A stretch of 64,000 nucleotides of DNA from Tricharina praecox. Its lineage: Eukaryota. This document shows positions 50,976-63,500 of the stretch, one piece after another. How positions within the stretch are numbered: position 1 is the first letter of the stretch; every line of letters starts with the position of its first letter. Location: contig NW_026250429.1 of NCBI RefSeq assembly GCF_024521635.1, positions 186,001 through 250,000 on the forward strand, in the 5' to 3' direction. A program made the position numbers and the translations under genes. Under the pieces are notes generated by a model. That model worked only from the letters and a program-made list of their open reading frames with translations. It had not been told where the DNA came from and did no database searches.

Positions 50976-51959
50976 CTACATCTCCACAACCTCCACAACC
51001 TCTCTTCCCCGCCCGATAACCACCTTCAAGTGCCTTCCCCTCTCCTTAAACGCGCCCTGCCTCAGTGCGGACACGTAGAGTTCATACGCGGGCATATCTA
51101 TCTCCGTCAGCACATTCCCGCCCGGTTTAGGGAAGGGAGATGATACGCACATCCATCCACAAAGGCCACCACCTGCTCGTCGGTCATACCGCGCCCTGTC
51201 GCCGTGTGCAAGGCATGTTCCTGCTGCAGCCGCCACGCGTAGACGTAGTCGATATATTCGGCGTCGATGTGGATGAGGACATCGAGTTGGCTTTTTAAGT
51301 TCCCACACTGTCAGCGCGAAGTTGGCGTGGAAGGAGAGGGAGGGAAAGTAGTACTCGGTGATTTCATCGTATCCCTCTAGGGCCGTGTTCATAGCCACCA
51401 GGTTCTCGAGTAGATGTTTCCCGACGACTCCCGTACCACGCGTGTGTCTTGCCTCGAGCTCGTCTGGGGCGAGCGCACGGAAGCCGACGCACCAGCCCTC
51501 GAATAGCACCACGTCGACGCGGCCCGGCACGTTTTCGCCGGCCTCAGCACGGTCTCCGGCACCCGAGAATGCACTCTTGTCGTAGACCGGCAGCGTCACC
51601 TCCGAGCCGTTCTTCAGCGCCGAGAAGACACTGCGCGCGAGGGGAAGGTCGTGGGTTCCGGGCACGCCCCGGTGCTGTAGCAGCGGGTTGTGGGGATTCG
51701 AGGCGGCAAGCGCGGTTTGCTGCGCATTGGTGAGGTAGAGGTCGTCGATGCTGAGGACGGCGACGGAGAGCGAGTAAGGTGCGCTGCGGAGGACGGAGGC
51801 TAGGGTCGTCACTACGGTTGTTTTACCGCTGCCTTGGGGGCCCGAGAGTGCGATGAATAGCGGGGTGGTGCGCTCGGGGAGGGAGGTGAGATGTGGCCGG
51901 AGGAAGGCAAGAATGTGCGTGAGCAGCGGTGACGATGTCGGCGGGGGCATTGTTGTCAT
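50976..51959 (-). CDS. TDA10: P-loop kinase, Tda10 / D-glycerate 3-kinase-like (exons 51959-51355, 51290-51151, 51097-50976)
   Basis: Walker A motif LSGPQGSGKTT, then LSIDDLYL, HRGVPGTHD, LPVYDKSAFSGAGDR and VVLFEGWCVGF. After splicing: YVYAWRLQQEHAL..GMTDEQVVAFVDG|YMPAYELY. Confidence 0.92.
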   Translation of the reverse strand: MTTMPPPTSSPLLTHILAFLRPHLTSLPERTTPLFIALSGPQGSGKTTVVTTLASVLRSAPYSLSVAVLSIDDLYLTNAQQTALAASNPHNPLLQHRGVPGTHDLPLARSVFSALKNGSEVTLPVYDKSAFSGAGDRAEAGENVPGRVDVVLFEGWCVGFRALAPDELEARHTRGTGVVGKHLLENLVAMNTALEGYDEITEYYFPSLSFHANFALTVWELKKPTRCPHPHRRRIYRLRLRVAAAAGTCLAHGDRARYDRRAGGGLCGWMCVSSPFPKPGGNVLTEIDMPAYELYVSALRQGAFKERGRHLKVVIGRGREVVEVVEM

Positions 51960-52182
51960 GGTGGGGAGCTTCGATGCCGGGGTTGGGACTGTGGGCGGAA
52001 CATGCTGAATTGTCTCTATATGTGTCTACGGAGATGTTGTGGTGGGGGAAGTGGGGTGCAGCACAGGACGCCAAATGGAAGCGGATCTGGGATTACCGAG
52101 TCGCACGCCCGAAAGGTGGGGTGGAAACAAGCGATCCAAAAGCCACCCGATTACCGAGAAACCCATAGTGAAATCCCATCCC

Positions 52183-52387
52183 GTGCTCGCATCCGAAGAG
52201 CTTCACCCCCACACAGTCCACGGAGTCCAGGCTCACATCCAAAGTGTTTCACCCCACACGCAGTCCAGTGCTCATATCCAAAGTGCTTCACCCCCACCCA
52301 GTCCAGTACTCACATCTAAAGTTCTTCACCCCACACGCGGTCCAGTGCTCACATCTGAAGAGCTTCATCCCACACCCAGTCCAGTGC
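52183..52387 (-). repeat. ~39-bp degenerate tandem repeat x5, derived from the last 13 codons of the adjacent gene
   Basis: Unit GCACTGGACTGGGTGTGGGATGAAGCTCTTCAGATGTGA plus four diverged copies. Confidence 0.88.
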
Positions 52388-53832
52388 TGCCTCCTCGGCC
52401 TCCCCCACCAGTGGCCGAACACTGCGATCCCAGCTGGCGAACGACTTCTGCACGCTTTCGGCCTCGGCAGACCAATGATACCTGTCAATCGCGTCGCACA
52501 TTAGCCCTGCACCATCATCCAGCGGGGACGGAGAAAAAAATCTAACCCATCCAGCGTCGTTTCCGGCCTCGCATCGGTCAACGCGAACGCATCGACGAAC
52601 GCCTTCCTTCGATGTTTCCACCTCCTCGTCTCCTCATGCATCCATGCCCGCAACTTGTCACTCCTATCTCGTCCGTGGCCTCCCTTCTCGAAGCACGTAA
52701 CGGGTTGCACCACGCTCGTCGTTGCCCTCACGACCACACGCGTCTCGTTCCCCCATAGCGCATCCACCTCATCAAAGAACCTCCGATACTCCTTTTTCAT
52801 CTCCCACTCATCGTTCCCCGGCATCCACAGGCCAATATTATACACCACGAGGCCTGGTGGCGTCTTCGTCCTCCGTATCTCTTGCAGAGCGGATCCACTC
52901 AGCCCTTCCGCGCCGAGGAACACGAACGAAACATCCACCCTCCGCCCGGTCGAGGGATTGTGCCATGCGCCATACCGATTACCATGCCTGCCTCCGTCGC
53001 CCTCACACCCGTGACCGAATAGCTGCGGCCACACGATGGAGCACACATAGCCCCTCGTCACCGAGTCGCCTAGGAACAGCACGCTCTCCACCCCGAGCTC
53101 ACCGAGCGCCTCCTTCACCGTCCGATGCGGAATCTTGCAGTTATGCGGAACATAGACATACCCTCCGCTCTCCGTCCACCCGTACATCTCCTTTACCTCG
53201 CCCTTCACCGCATCGGCCCTTACCCACCTCGCATCGACCGCCTGCGTAAACCCATCACACGCCCTATACCCGTCCACCCGTCCCCTCCCGACGACCAACA
53301 ACCTCGCTGGCGCACCCCTCGCCATCCGCCTGTACGCATGCAACTCGTCCTTCACGCCCGCATCCTGCTGCCTTGCGCACGCCAACGCGTTCGGCCACGC
53401 ATACACCATGTAATCCCCCGGATCCGCGATCGCAAACGTGGCGGTGACCGTGCGGCCGTCGGCCGAGACACGGAACGCGCGTGCGGGGACGCTCCCCGCT
53501 GTCGGCCCGTAGTACTGGATGTAATAGCTCGCCGGACAGTCGGCAGAGTACACGGCGGTGCAGGCGATCGACAGCGTGAGCGGCCGGCCGGCGGTTGCCG
53601 CCAAGGGGGACGTCAGCGTCCATGGTCCGTGGTGTAGCCGCGTGCGCTGCGAAAGCGGGTTTGTACTGGGGCTGTAGGGAGGTGCTGCGCTGGTGGCGCC
53701 CGGACGGAAGATGCTGTTCGGATCTTCGGCGGCGGAGGGCGAGGTGCGGAGATGGTAGAAGCATAGCAGTGATAGCGGGAAGAGAAGGAGGAGGCGCCGC
53801 GGTGGGAAGTATGCGAAGTATGGGAGTAGCAT
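52349..53832 (-). CDS. Type II membrane SGNH/GDSL-like protein (PC-esterase / NXPE-like; candidate O-acyltransferase or esterase); exons 53832-52547, 52481-52349
   Basis: N-terminal RR plus a hydrophobic anchor, a beta-rich Ig-like region, VLFLGDSVTR (GDS nucleophile motif) and VVYNIGLW. Removing the intron at 52546-52482 (GT..CTAAT..CAG) yields TTLDG|YHW, a DxxH catalytic motif. Confidence 0.82.
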
Positions 53833-54869
53833 GGTGATGCTTTGCAGTCTCACGAGACAGAATCAAGATTCAGACAACATGTATGTATGATGTATGTAGG
53901 TCGTTGGCCGGTGGGTAGAGTTGGTGGTGTGCACTCTCCCACCATGTATACCTCGGCACCCCGGGGCCGTGCATACGTACTTGTTGCATGGTGTCATGGC
54001 CCTGCTGCGGGGATTAATATATCCCGTACATGAGATCGGAGACACTCCTTCGTCCCGCATGAAACCATCCCCCCTCCCCACCATTTCGCCGCGCGTTCGC
54101 TGGCGGCTACAAATTCACAGCTGCTCACGCAGCACCATCCCACAGTAGTAGTCGGTATTGGACATTCATTCCCACTCCCAAGCAAGATGAACCACCGGAT
54201 AGATATCGATACAATATCCCCCCGCCCACCCGCCCACCAGCTCTTCCGCTGCCCTCGTCCCCCACCACGTATTAGAACCACCGCCCTAATCCAGCTGAAG
54301 CCCATCCCAAATTCCCAACTAACAGTCACTATCGCCAAGCAGAAAGCACAAGTATATATGTAGAGGACAAAAAAATGCCCATCCCTCAGGCCATTACAGA
54401 AAGAAAGTAAGAACAAGGAAAAAAAACCCCGCCGTATATGCAACCAAAGCACAGAAGAAATGAAGAAATGAAGAAACACAAGTAAAAGCGGTATTGAAAC
54501 TCCCAGGTATCATTTAATGCACAAAAGAAATGCTCAAGAATCGAGTTGAAAGGGGGAAAAATGAAGGGGAGAAAGCGAGTGAGAAACAAAACCATTGAAC
54601 CATGAACACCGCAAGCAAGAAAGGAAAGAAATGCGCCAACGAAAGAAAAGAAAAAAGTAGTAAAGAAAGGGCAAAAAGTATGGTTGTAGAAGGAATCAAA
54701 CCCAAAGCAAGTCAAACCACAAGCACCCATTCCAGTTCCGCGCCCATTCCGCCACGCCAGTAGTACTCCGTCCGTGTATCAAAAGCAAACAAACAAAACG
54801 AAAAATGAATTTGTGTATTACGTCCTCGTATTGAGGGCCCCAGTTCAGACAGGTAGATTCTTGGAAGAA

Positions 54870-57585
54870 TCACATCCACTGCTGTAGATCCTGCTGCGGG
54901 GTTCCTCCATTGTGGAGCTGCATATTCGCCTCGTTCATATCGCTGTAAGGCGGCGGCGCCATGACCTGGGCCATATGCTGCTGCTGGTATTGCGGTTCCT
55001 GCGGACTATCCATTGACGGTGGCGAGACTCCGCTTCCCTTCGAGTCCAACCTCATCTTCATCATCAACGTACGAATCGCCTTGACGTCCTCTCTCTGCGT
55101 ATCCCGTGGTATCTCGGCATCACGCATGTCCACCAGCTGGCGGATGGTCAAGCCGATTGCCGTTTCCGAGTTGTTGAGAACCCAGGTATGTTTCAGCTGA
55201 GGATTTTCCCACATTTCCGAGATTCGTGTGCGGAACGCAAGAGGGAACACAAAACTGCGAATTGAAATGGTCAGTGAACTAATATCTATCGGTAACATCG
55301 GCAAGGATAACTCACCCCATCTGCTCCATCTTCGCCAACTGGTACTGCATCCATCGACGGTAATTGTGACGGTTCGGTAGCCACAGGGCGGCGAGTCCGA
55401 TCGGTGCCTGAGCGGCCAACAACGAACCAGCAGGTGTCTCGGTGTAAGCCTCGATGGCTGCAAGGACTTCGCAGATCTTGATCGCATACTCTTGGAGTGA
55501 CGGATCTAAAGTTGGATCATGGCCGTCGCTGCTGGTAGATGCTATCTGGTGCTTGAGGACGATGATGATGCCATAGTAATCCAGTATCAAGAAATTGACT
55601 GCCCATCGATCTCCCTTGTACAACGGCGCAGGCTTGAACGGGCAGACGGGAATGTCCGCTACGACCTTCGAGGAAGCTTGGATGGGTTCGGATCCGTCCA
55701 GGATCGATGGATGCAAATCATTCCACCAATCGTAGCATTTGTTCAACATTTCCTGCGCAAGTTGTCCGAACTCTTCTATCGACAAGACACCCGCGGCGCG
55801 GTCCGCTGTCATCTGAGAGATATGAAGCGAGAGAGCCCTGAACGCACACATCGCTTCCTCGAGCATGAGACCGAGGTAGTCCGGCTTGGCCTGCTGCAGG
55901 GTCACGACGACTTCTCGATTCCACCACGACCATTCGGGACCGCAAGTCGGCTCGTGTCCGGCCATCAACGCTGCGAGCAGATCGAAGTGCATGAACCAGT
56001 TGAAAACCGTCCGATGCTCGCTCGTTTGCGCCATCGTCTCCGGAGTCCACATGGTTCTGATGATCCTCGAGGCTGCATTCCGATGTTCCATCAGACTGAC
56101 CCAATCACCCAAATATTCCTACAGGCCATACAGTCAGAAAACCCAAGCCTCGGAAGGGGGCACCGCCGCACGTTACCTCAAAACTCGCAAGCTGCAAGAT
56201 GGTTATGACGGTGTCCAGTGAGTGCTCCTTGTCCAGCGAAATTCGCAGCAGAGCGATCGACTTGTTGTAATACTCGAGGAAAGTTTGGAACGCGCCTGTG
56301 GTGTAGAACACGCTGTAGTGGAAGGAAGCAAATGCTGTAACGGCATACAGCAGTGCTTCGTTCTTGACGGCATGTTCGAGCAACGAAGTCTTGAAGAAGC
56401 TGTCGATGTCGTTCTTCAGTAGGTAGTGGTGGCACGTGAGCATCTGGTTGTGGTAATTTAAGTAAAAGGCCACGTCCCGTGGAAGATGCGCCCAATCTTG
56501 GGAATTGATCAGGCTGTATGTCGAAGCCGTCCGTCTCAGCGAGGCGGCGGGGGAGGTCGGTACCGATGAGTCGGCGTCGCGTGGGGACGGGCTCGGGTCG
56601 GCAGAGGACGTCGTCTTTCTACTCTTGCTCCGGCGACTCTGTTCCGAGGACGAAGGCCACGATTCTCTGCGCCCATGCACCGACCCCTTGAGATAGCTCG
56701 TGCTGGCTGACTGTTTCAATGGCGGGCCACTCTCCGGGGGACTGAGACCGTCCTGGTACTCATCATCCTCCTCCTCTACATCTTCCAACGATGAACTTCC
56801 TTCCCTCGCACCCTCGGCAGGGAGCTTCTCCGAGCGACGCTTCTGGGCCGATGCCGATTTAGCCGACGAAACGACTTCCGGATATTTACATTCCCTACCA
56901 CCCTTCTGGCATCCTAATAGCAGGCCATGTTAGCAGTCGGGCACTACGTTTGTTTGTTCGTTCGGGGGAGCGTGGGGAGATGGGGGTCGTTACGTTCGCA
57001 GATCGGATGGGTCTCATCGCACTAGTTTGAGATGGAGCGTCAGCAGCCGTGCATAAAATTACAAGTGCAACGGGAGGGGGGAGGGGGGTGGAGCAGTAAT
57101 AGCAGTTCCGAGCTCACCTTGACTCTACGCGTCCTGCATGTAAAGCAGCCCGACCTCGTCCGGCGATGCTTGACAGCGTCAGCGCCGGCAGCACTCCTCC
57201 TCCGCCGCGGCGCCTTTCCAGTGGCGACGTTCTGAACCTGTCCCCCGTCCGGCATCACGAAAAAGTTGTTCGTCATTGGCGATTGAGCGTAGCGCGGTGT
57301 GTTTGGGTTTGCACTAAGCAATGGTGAGTGGGATTGTCGCGAGATCGCGGTGTCCGAGATCTGGCCAAACGCCACCGGTGTCGGGTCGTGGTGTTGGTGC
57401 AGTTGCTGGCGCAGGTGCAGGTGCAGGTGTTGGTGTTGTGGTTGTGGTTGATCGTCTGGGTGGAAGCTGAACGAAGCGGCGGTTATCGATGACGTTGGGA
57501 AAGCGCCGATGTCGAGCGAGAGATGTGGTGTCGATGACGACGGAGCATCGTCTGGGTTTGTCGACGGCGCCGAGTAATGCATCAT
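54870..57585 (-). CDS. Zn(II)2Cys6 transcription factor with fungal-specific C-terminal domain (exons 57585-57118, 57021-56994, 56913-56177, 56118-55316, 55254-54870)
   Basis: Spliced binuclear cluster KHRRTRSGCFTCRTRRVK|CDETHPICE|RCQKGGRECKYP. C-terminal domain LLYAVTAFASFH..FLEYYNKSIALLR..TILQLASFE|EYLGDWVSLMEHRNAA. Confidence 0.94.
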
Positions 57586-60500
57586 CGAGAACGTACGTGA
57601 GTTTGTTACGGACGTTTGATACTCGGAACGATTCACGTGGGCGTGGGGGGGTGGGGGGGGTGGGAGGGGAGGAGGAGGGGAGAGTCCTGTCGTTTGGTTG
57701 TCGGTGGTGAACGCTGGCTGGCTGGCTGGCGTGGGAAAGGAGCAGGAGGGAAGGAAGGAAGCTCTTCTTAGTCGTCCTCTTCGTCGGACCCACTAGAGCA
57801 GAGAACCCTACGGGTAGGCCTGTAGAATGCTAGGAGGCTGGACTTTTGACTTGGGGATGGGTAGAGTAGTGGGGTCCCGTCGTGCGGATTACTCTAGAAA
57901 TTGGACGGAGGGAACCAAGTTGATTGTTGGGTACATCTGTCGTTGTAAGTGAGTCTCAGGGCCGGCCAACCCCCGCTACTTCTATGCCGACTGAGGGCTA
58001 CCTATGCCTCAAAATCGGCAGATATGTACTCTGGATGTCGGCCTAAAGTTCGGTGGCAGACCCGGGACAGGGAGCATAGAAATGTGTAGGAAAAATGAAA
58101 GAAAAAAATTCGACTCGAGGGGAGTCTGTCGTCTCTCGTGTGGCTGCTGAGGAAGTGTGGAGATGTTGTGGGGTGGGGGGGCGATCGGAGGGAAGTCTGA
58201 GTGAAGTCTGACGGTAGGCCAAAAGACGGGCCGTCCGGAGAGGGGCGCAGATGCGTAGAGGAGGTACAGACAGACTGACTGAGCGTGCTCGATGCCAGCT
58301 GCACAGGCAAGTACTCGCTCACCTTCTGGTCCTGTTTTTTTCCAGCAGCGGAGTGCAGTGCAGTTGCAGTTGCAGTGCAGGAGTAGTCAGTTAGCTGCTT
58401 GGGATGCAGATGGTGTTTCCAGCAGGGTCAGCCCTAGTCAATTCCAATCATTGTCGCTCCCACGTTAGAAAACCCCCGGTAGGCCCAACAGTGTCACACG
58501 TTCCTTCTACATCCCGTATATAGAGTACCATCATCCATGTGGAGCGGCCACAGGCTGGATGCCCGCAAAGACACGCACAGTTTGTTCGCGGGGGCCAACC
58601 CCCAGGCAATGCCGCTCTAGGTATTCTGTGAAGAGACCGCCCCTCGTGTTGCTTCGGCGTCGGAGGGAGTGTCGGTGCTTTTCACCGCCGGCCGCTTCAT
58701 GTTGGTGTCGGCTGTTCGGGCGCTGGCTTCTGCTCGAATACCTATCTATTCTGTTTCAATATGTACTCGACCTATTCTGAGCGAGTACCAATTCTACCCG
58801 AATACGATACCGGTACCTATCCTATTCGACCGAATAGTAGTCGCCTCGTCGACGTGCATTTGGTTCGCCGCCCATCTGGCATCGCCATCTGTGCACTGCA
58901 GAATTATTGGTGATGCTTTGTTGTACCTAGTACTAACTTCTCTACCTATACCGTACCCAATCGTCCCGACTTCTGTCAGCAACCACATCCTCCTCCTCCA
59001 GTCAGAGCTCACGTTACCGATTCGGCGCCGCCGTGAGAGGCTTTCTCGCCCAGCCCGCCGCATCTCCGATCAAAGAAAACACTTCGCATCGCAACCAAAA
59101 AGCCAACCATCTGGCCGCCTGAAGATTCAAACATCTGGTAACCAATCAGTTCTAGATCGCCATGCCAAGGGGGCAACACGCGCTAATAACTTTCTGGGGT
59201 TCGCAGCCTCCACCAGCTAAACCACTAGATATCCATCTTCTCTCTCGTCTGATCATACGGAGCTTGGCCAACCCTTCCCTGCTTGGATTCCCCACATGTT
59301 ATTCGCAGCTGCATCTCTTCTCAGACTCCTTTCCACCTCCTATCTCCGTTCCAGGATGCAGAGCTGTCAGAATCCAAAGAACAACGGCGCCGTTGATGAG
59401 GCATGCACCGGCCCGTCCTGGAACGGAGTAGGCGCAGGTCTCCTCCATATTTCGCTGCGTAAGCTGAGCTTAAAGGGGTGGAAAGCACAATTGCGGCATA
59501 CCGAGTCGGTTGGTTAGGGCCTGGCACATATAGTACTCTGCATAGGCACTTTTATGACTGTTGACACCTTGCAGTTCCAGTCCCAATCAGACCCCGTGAA
59601 TCCCATGCCTGTGCAGTGCAGTGTCTTCCGTGAAGGAGGCCTTTCAAGTTATTCCTCCCTTCCCGTCCAGGATGAGAAAAGCACCTATGTATCATATCAT
59701 ACGGATTCTTCATGCATTATTCTTCCCGCTACCACATGGTGGTTGCGGTAGTGATGGTGATGGTGTGCCCACCTACATACGGAAGCGAAAGCATATCCAA
59801 TCATCGATGCAGGAGCCACAATAACCCCCGAACACGAGGCCTCTCCCTTCTCGAGTCTCCTCTCTCTCTGAAGAATCGAGGCATAGAACACAACCTTCAG
59901 GCTTCTGCACACTAGCACTCGCACCAATGATTTCGTCCAGCTGCCTGATCCTTTTCCAGAGCTCATCCCTCCCTCCATCCATCCATCCATCCACACCTTG
60001 CCATTCTTACTTGCTCCATCTTCTTCTGCTCTAGACAGACTTCTTTCCTCGAACTCCTCGCTATGGAACCCCCTGCATGAGATGGTTGCTCGACTTGCCG
60101 GCTGTTTGTAATTTGTACAGGTGAGTGGTCGTGAGATGTCTCCTACTACTTCGTCTACCACTACTACGACTACTGCCACTTACTCTGCACCTAGGTACTA
60201 GGCATATATATGGCCATGATCGTTGGAATTCGATCGATTTGCACGTACGTACATTCGTACCCCGAATTCCAATATCTGGAGTCTTTGAAATAGACATGCT
60301 AGGAAAGCCACCCACGTACTTCCTAGGTACCTACACCTACATATCTCCACTCTACGGCGGTTAGACCATCAGTATAGTACAGTAGGTACTAGTACTTGGG
60401 TACATAGGTAGGTACTCAGGCTCAAGATGACCCGATGCCCCTGGGCCCCTGGCGTTAGTATTCTCCAAGGACGGGAGAAGAAAAGAATGAATGAACGTAC

Positions 60501-63500
60501 TTGAAAGTGACAATCAACACCCCCATCCCTCCCATCATCTCATGTGGGACTTGCCGCCGTACCGCACGGCGCAAACTGGAAGAATATCTAAGAACTGGTA
60601 TGTAACCAACAGGATCTGCCTTTTCCTCCGGATGAATTTGAATCTTTCCCGGCGTGCATTCCTAGGTAGAACTACAGGTAGATTGCATGGCTAACTAACC
60701 ACGGCACTGTTCTGATTAAAATCCTGAGATGAAATACACACCTAGAGTGCCGCTCTACAGACTACAGTACTATATACCGTACTATAGTAGAGTATAGTAC
60801 ACAGTACAGATCCTCGCCCCCGATTCTATACATACGTATAGTACTTATATACATACGCATTCGCCAATTTGTAATTAACGGCCGCTACATATGTGGTATG
60901 GAGAGTACTTGTTGGGGGGGAGGGAGGGGGAGGGGGAAGGGGGGAAGGGGGGAAGATTTGCCGCGGCGTCAGATGTTGGCGCCTATTGCCAGTATGATAG
61001 TAGGTATTTGCAAGTTGGCTAGAACTCTACGGTCTACGTCCGGCGAAACTACTGTTAAGTAGCGTTCTGTTTGTTGATCAGCGCACGCCTCTAGATCCCT
61101 CCAAGTGCGGTCTCTAGCATATCACAGGACTCTCTACCATCGACGGGCTACCTATACCAACATCGCACCACATCCCGATGCCCCGTCCCTCCCACCTCCG
61201 AGTCTCCGACCCCACACGAAAGGAAGAAAAAGGAAGCCAAAGTAAGATCAGGTGCGGTAATGAGAGGGAACTATAGTACCTAGTACCTATGCCTGACGCC
61301 GGACGGCAAACAGGCACTATGTACGTATGATACTAGTACAATGTAGTACCTAAAGCAGCTATGCTGGACGTGAGTCGTGACTACTCTTGATCCCGGGGGA
61401 TCGTCACGTACCGGTGGGATCGTGAATATGTATGTAGATATGTACTCTACCTATGGATGTATAGATCGTATGCGTGTCTTCTGGCTCCCAGGTGAAGTTG
61501 GTGAAGTTCGAACAAGCCACGAGCGTCGAGCCATGACTAATGTAGGTAGATGTTCTACCACACACACTCTCTCCAGACTTCCAGTAGGAATTCGATAGGT
61601 ACTCTATAGTTACTCTATCACTTCCTCCTCTGTTTCTTCTTCTTTCGCCCATCACACACATAGCCATCTCCTTCAAAGAAAGAAAAATGAGAAATAACTT
61701 GAAATCGAGAATCTCCGTGGCAGATGGTGAAAGTCCCGCGTGCAAGCAGCAAGTTCAGCAGTGATGTTCAGATTGCGATGGGCAAACGTGTCCAAATATT
61801 TTCTGCAGTTGCCATTGCTTCCCACGATTGATTTCCAGTTTTCGATCTCGCCACTCGTCACTTCATACGTACCTACGTGCACTGCAAGGGAATTCTTCAC
61901 AGATTTTGGCCCCAGGTTACGGATACGATCGCTACAGACTTGGGGGGGAGAGAGCCAAAACCAAACCAGGTTCAAGTCCATCAGCATGCCAGAATATCCG
62001 TAATCCGTATTCTCCCCTTCCGCCCCCAACATGCTGTCAGTCGTCCCGACCTTATGGCTCCTTTTTTCGGCGAAACAGTAAGGCGATCTGTGCGCCCCTG
62101 AGACAGTCAGGCAGATGTGGGGATGGGGGAGGGAGGAGGGGGCACGATGTTGCCGCTGAAAAAATCTTCAGGAAATAAAATGAAAAATAAAATGGGAAAA
62201 CGGGTGGAGTTGCGATAGCCATGAGATATCACTCGGGCGTTTCTTTTCTTTTTTTTCCAGCCACCAGTCTCACCGGCTGATGGATGGGGGATGGGGGATG
62301 GGCGGAGATACAAGGATACCTACCTACCTAGCTCACCGTCTCGGAACCTCGAATTGGGACTCACTACTACTGCTAGTACATAGGCCTGGGAAGTTGCGAT
62401 GGGATATTTTGGGCCCTGATGATTCACGATCACTCTAGGTACCTTTACTAGGAGACATGCTCGTGCGCGCTGGGGAGCACTGGGGCAGCTTGCTTCCTTG
62501 CTGGATCGCAGCAGTCGGACCAGTGTAACCGTACACAACACCGTAATCGCTACTCTATCTCGGACGGACGAACTACTCAGTCACTGGTCCACATCGATCG
62601 GCCGCTCGCCGGTCGGCCCATTGACTAGGGAATAAGTAAGAAATATTATTGGCCAAGACTCTCGTGAGTGAGTGAACGAGAGAGAATGCGAGACAAAAAG
62701 CAAAAGGAAAAGGAAAAAAAGCAACTGGTCGAGACTCGAGAGGAAGACGAAATCGACAAGATACTCTTGCGCTGTCTACTTCTGGGGCGCAAAGGAACGA
62801 ACGACCTGCTTCGGGATTAGCTAGGGCTGGAAATTGCTGGCCGGCGGCGGCGGCGGCGGAGGCGGAGGTTTAACCAAGCAACCAAGCAAGCTTGTGCTGT
62901 GCGACGCTTCCAGGTTGCTTGTTCAGACTGCATAGATGGAATATCTTCATAACTGCAATATGTACTGCTTGCTACTTGCCGCCTCGAGACCTCTCATAGC
63001 AAAACACCTACAAATACTACTACCTCCTAGTATGGCTGGGTATTCAAGGCTAACCCGCCGTGCGCAGTGCTGTGGTGCCCTCCATACATCGGCGCAACGG
63101 TTAGTTACGGTTGAGAATCTCTCACTTCCTCTTTCTACCGCTGCTGCTGCTGCCTGCCCAATGCCTGCACGGGCGCCGGTAGGAATTGGATGTACAATAC
63201 ATGTAGATATATCCACTGATCACGTCAAGAGTGAGGAGTGCGTATTTTATTTACGCACTGCCGCGCCGCACCGCGCCCGCAAGTTGCAACAGCTCATCGC
63301 TAATCCCCGGCAAAATAACGGGCAATCATACGTACTTTTAGGTAGTGAGTGACGCGCAATATGTAGATAGGCAGAACGGCTTCATCCGGGCGGCGGGGGC
63401 TCTTCCAAGTGCCTACCTCCTCCTCCCAAGTATAGCAACCCGATCCTCGGGGCTCTCGGCGTATATGCTCCCGCAATGTTTTTTGTCCGAGAGCGGCGTG

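Noticed and set aside
52039..52545. 168-aa + strand ORF with repeats
   Set aside because: Antisense read-through of the 39-bp repeat and the terminal exon of the minus-strand gene.
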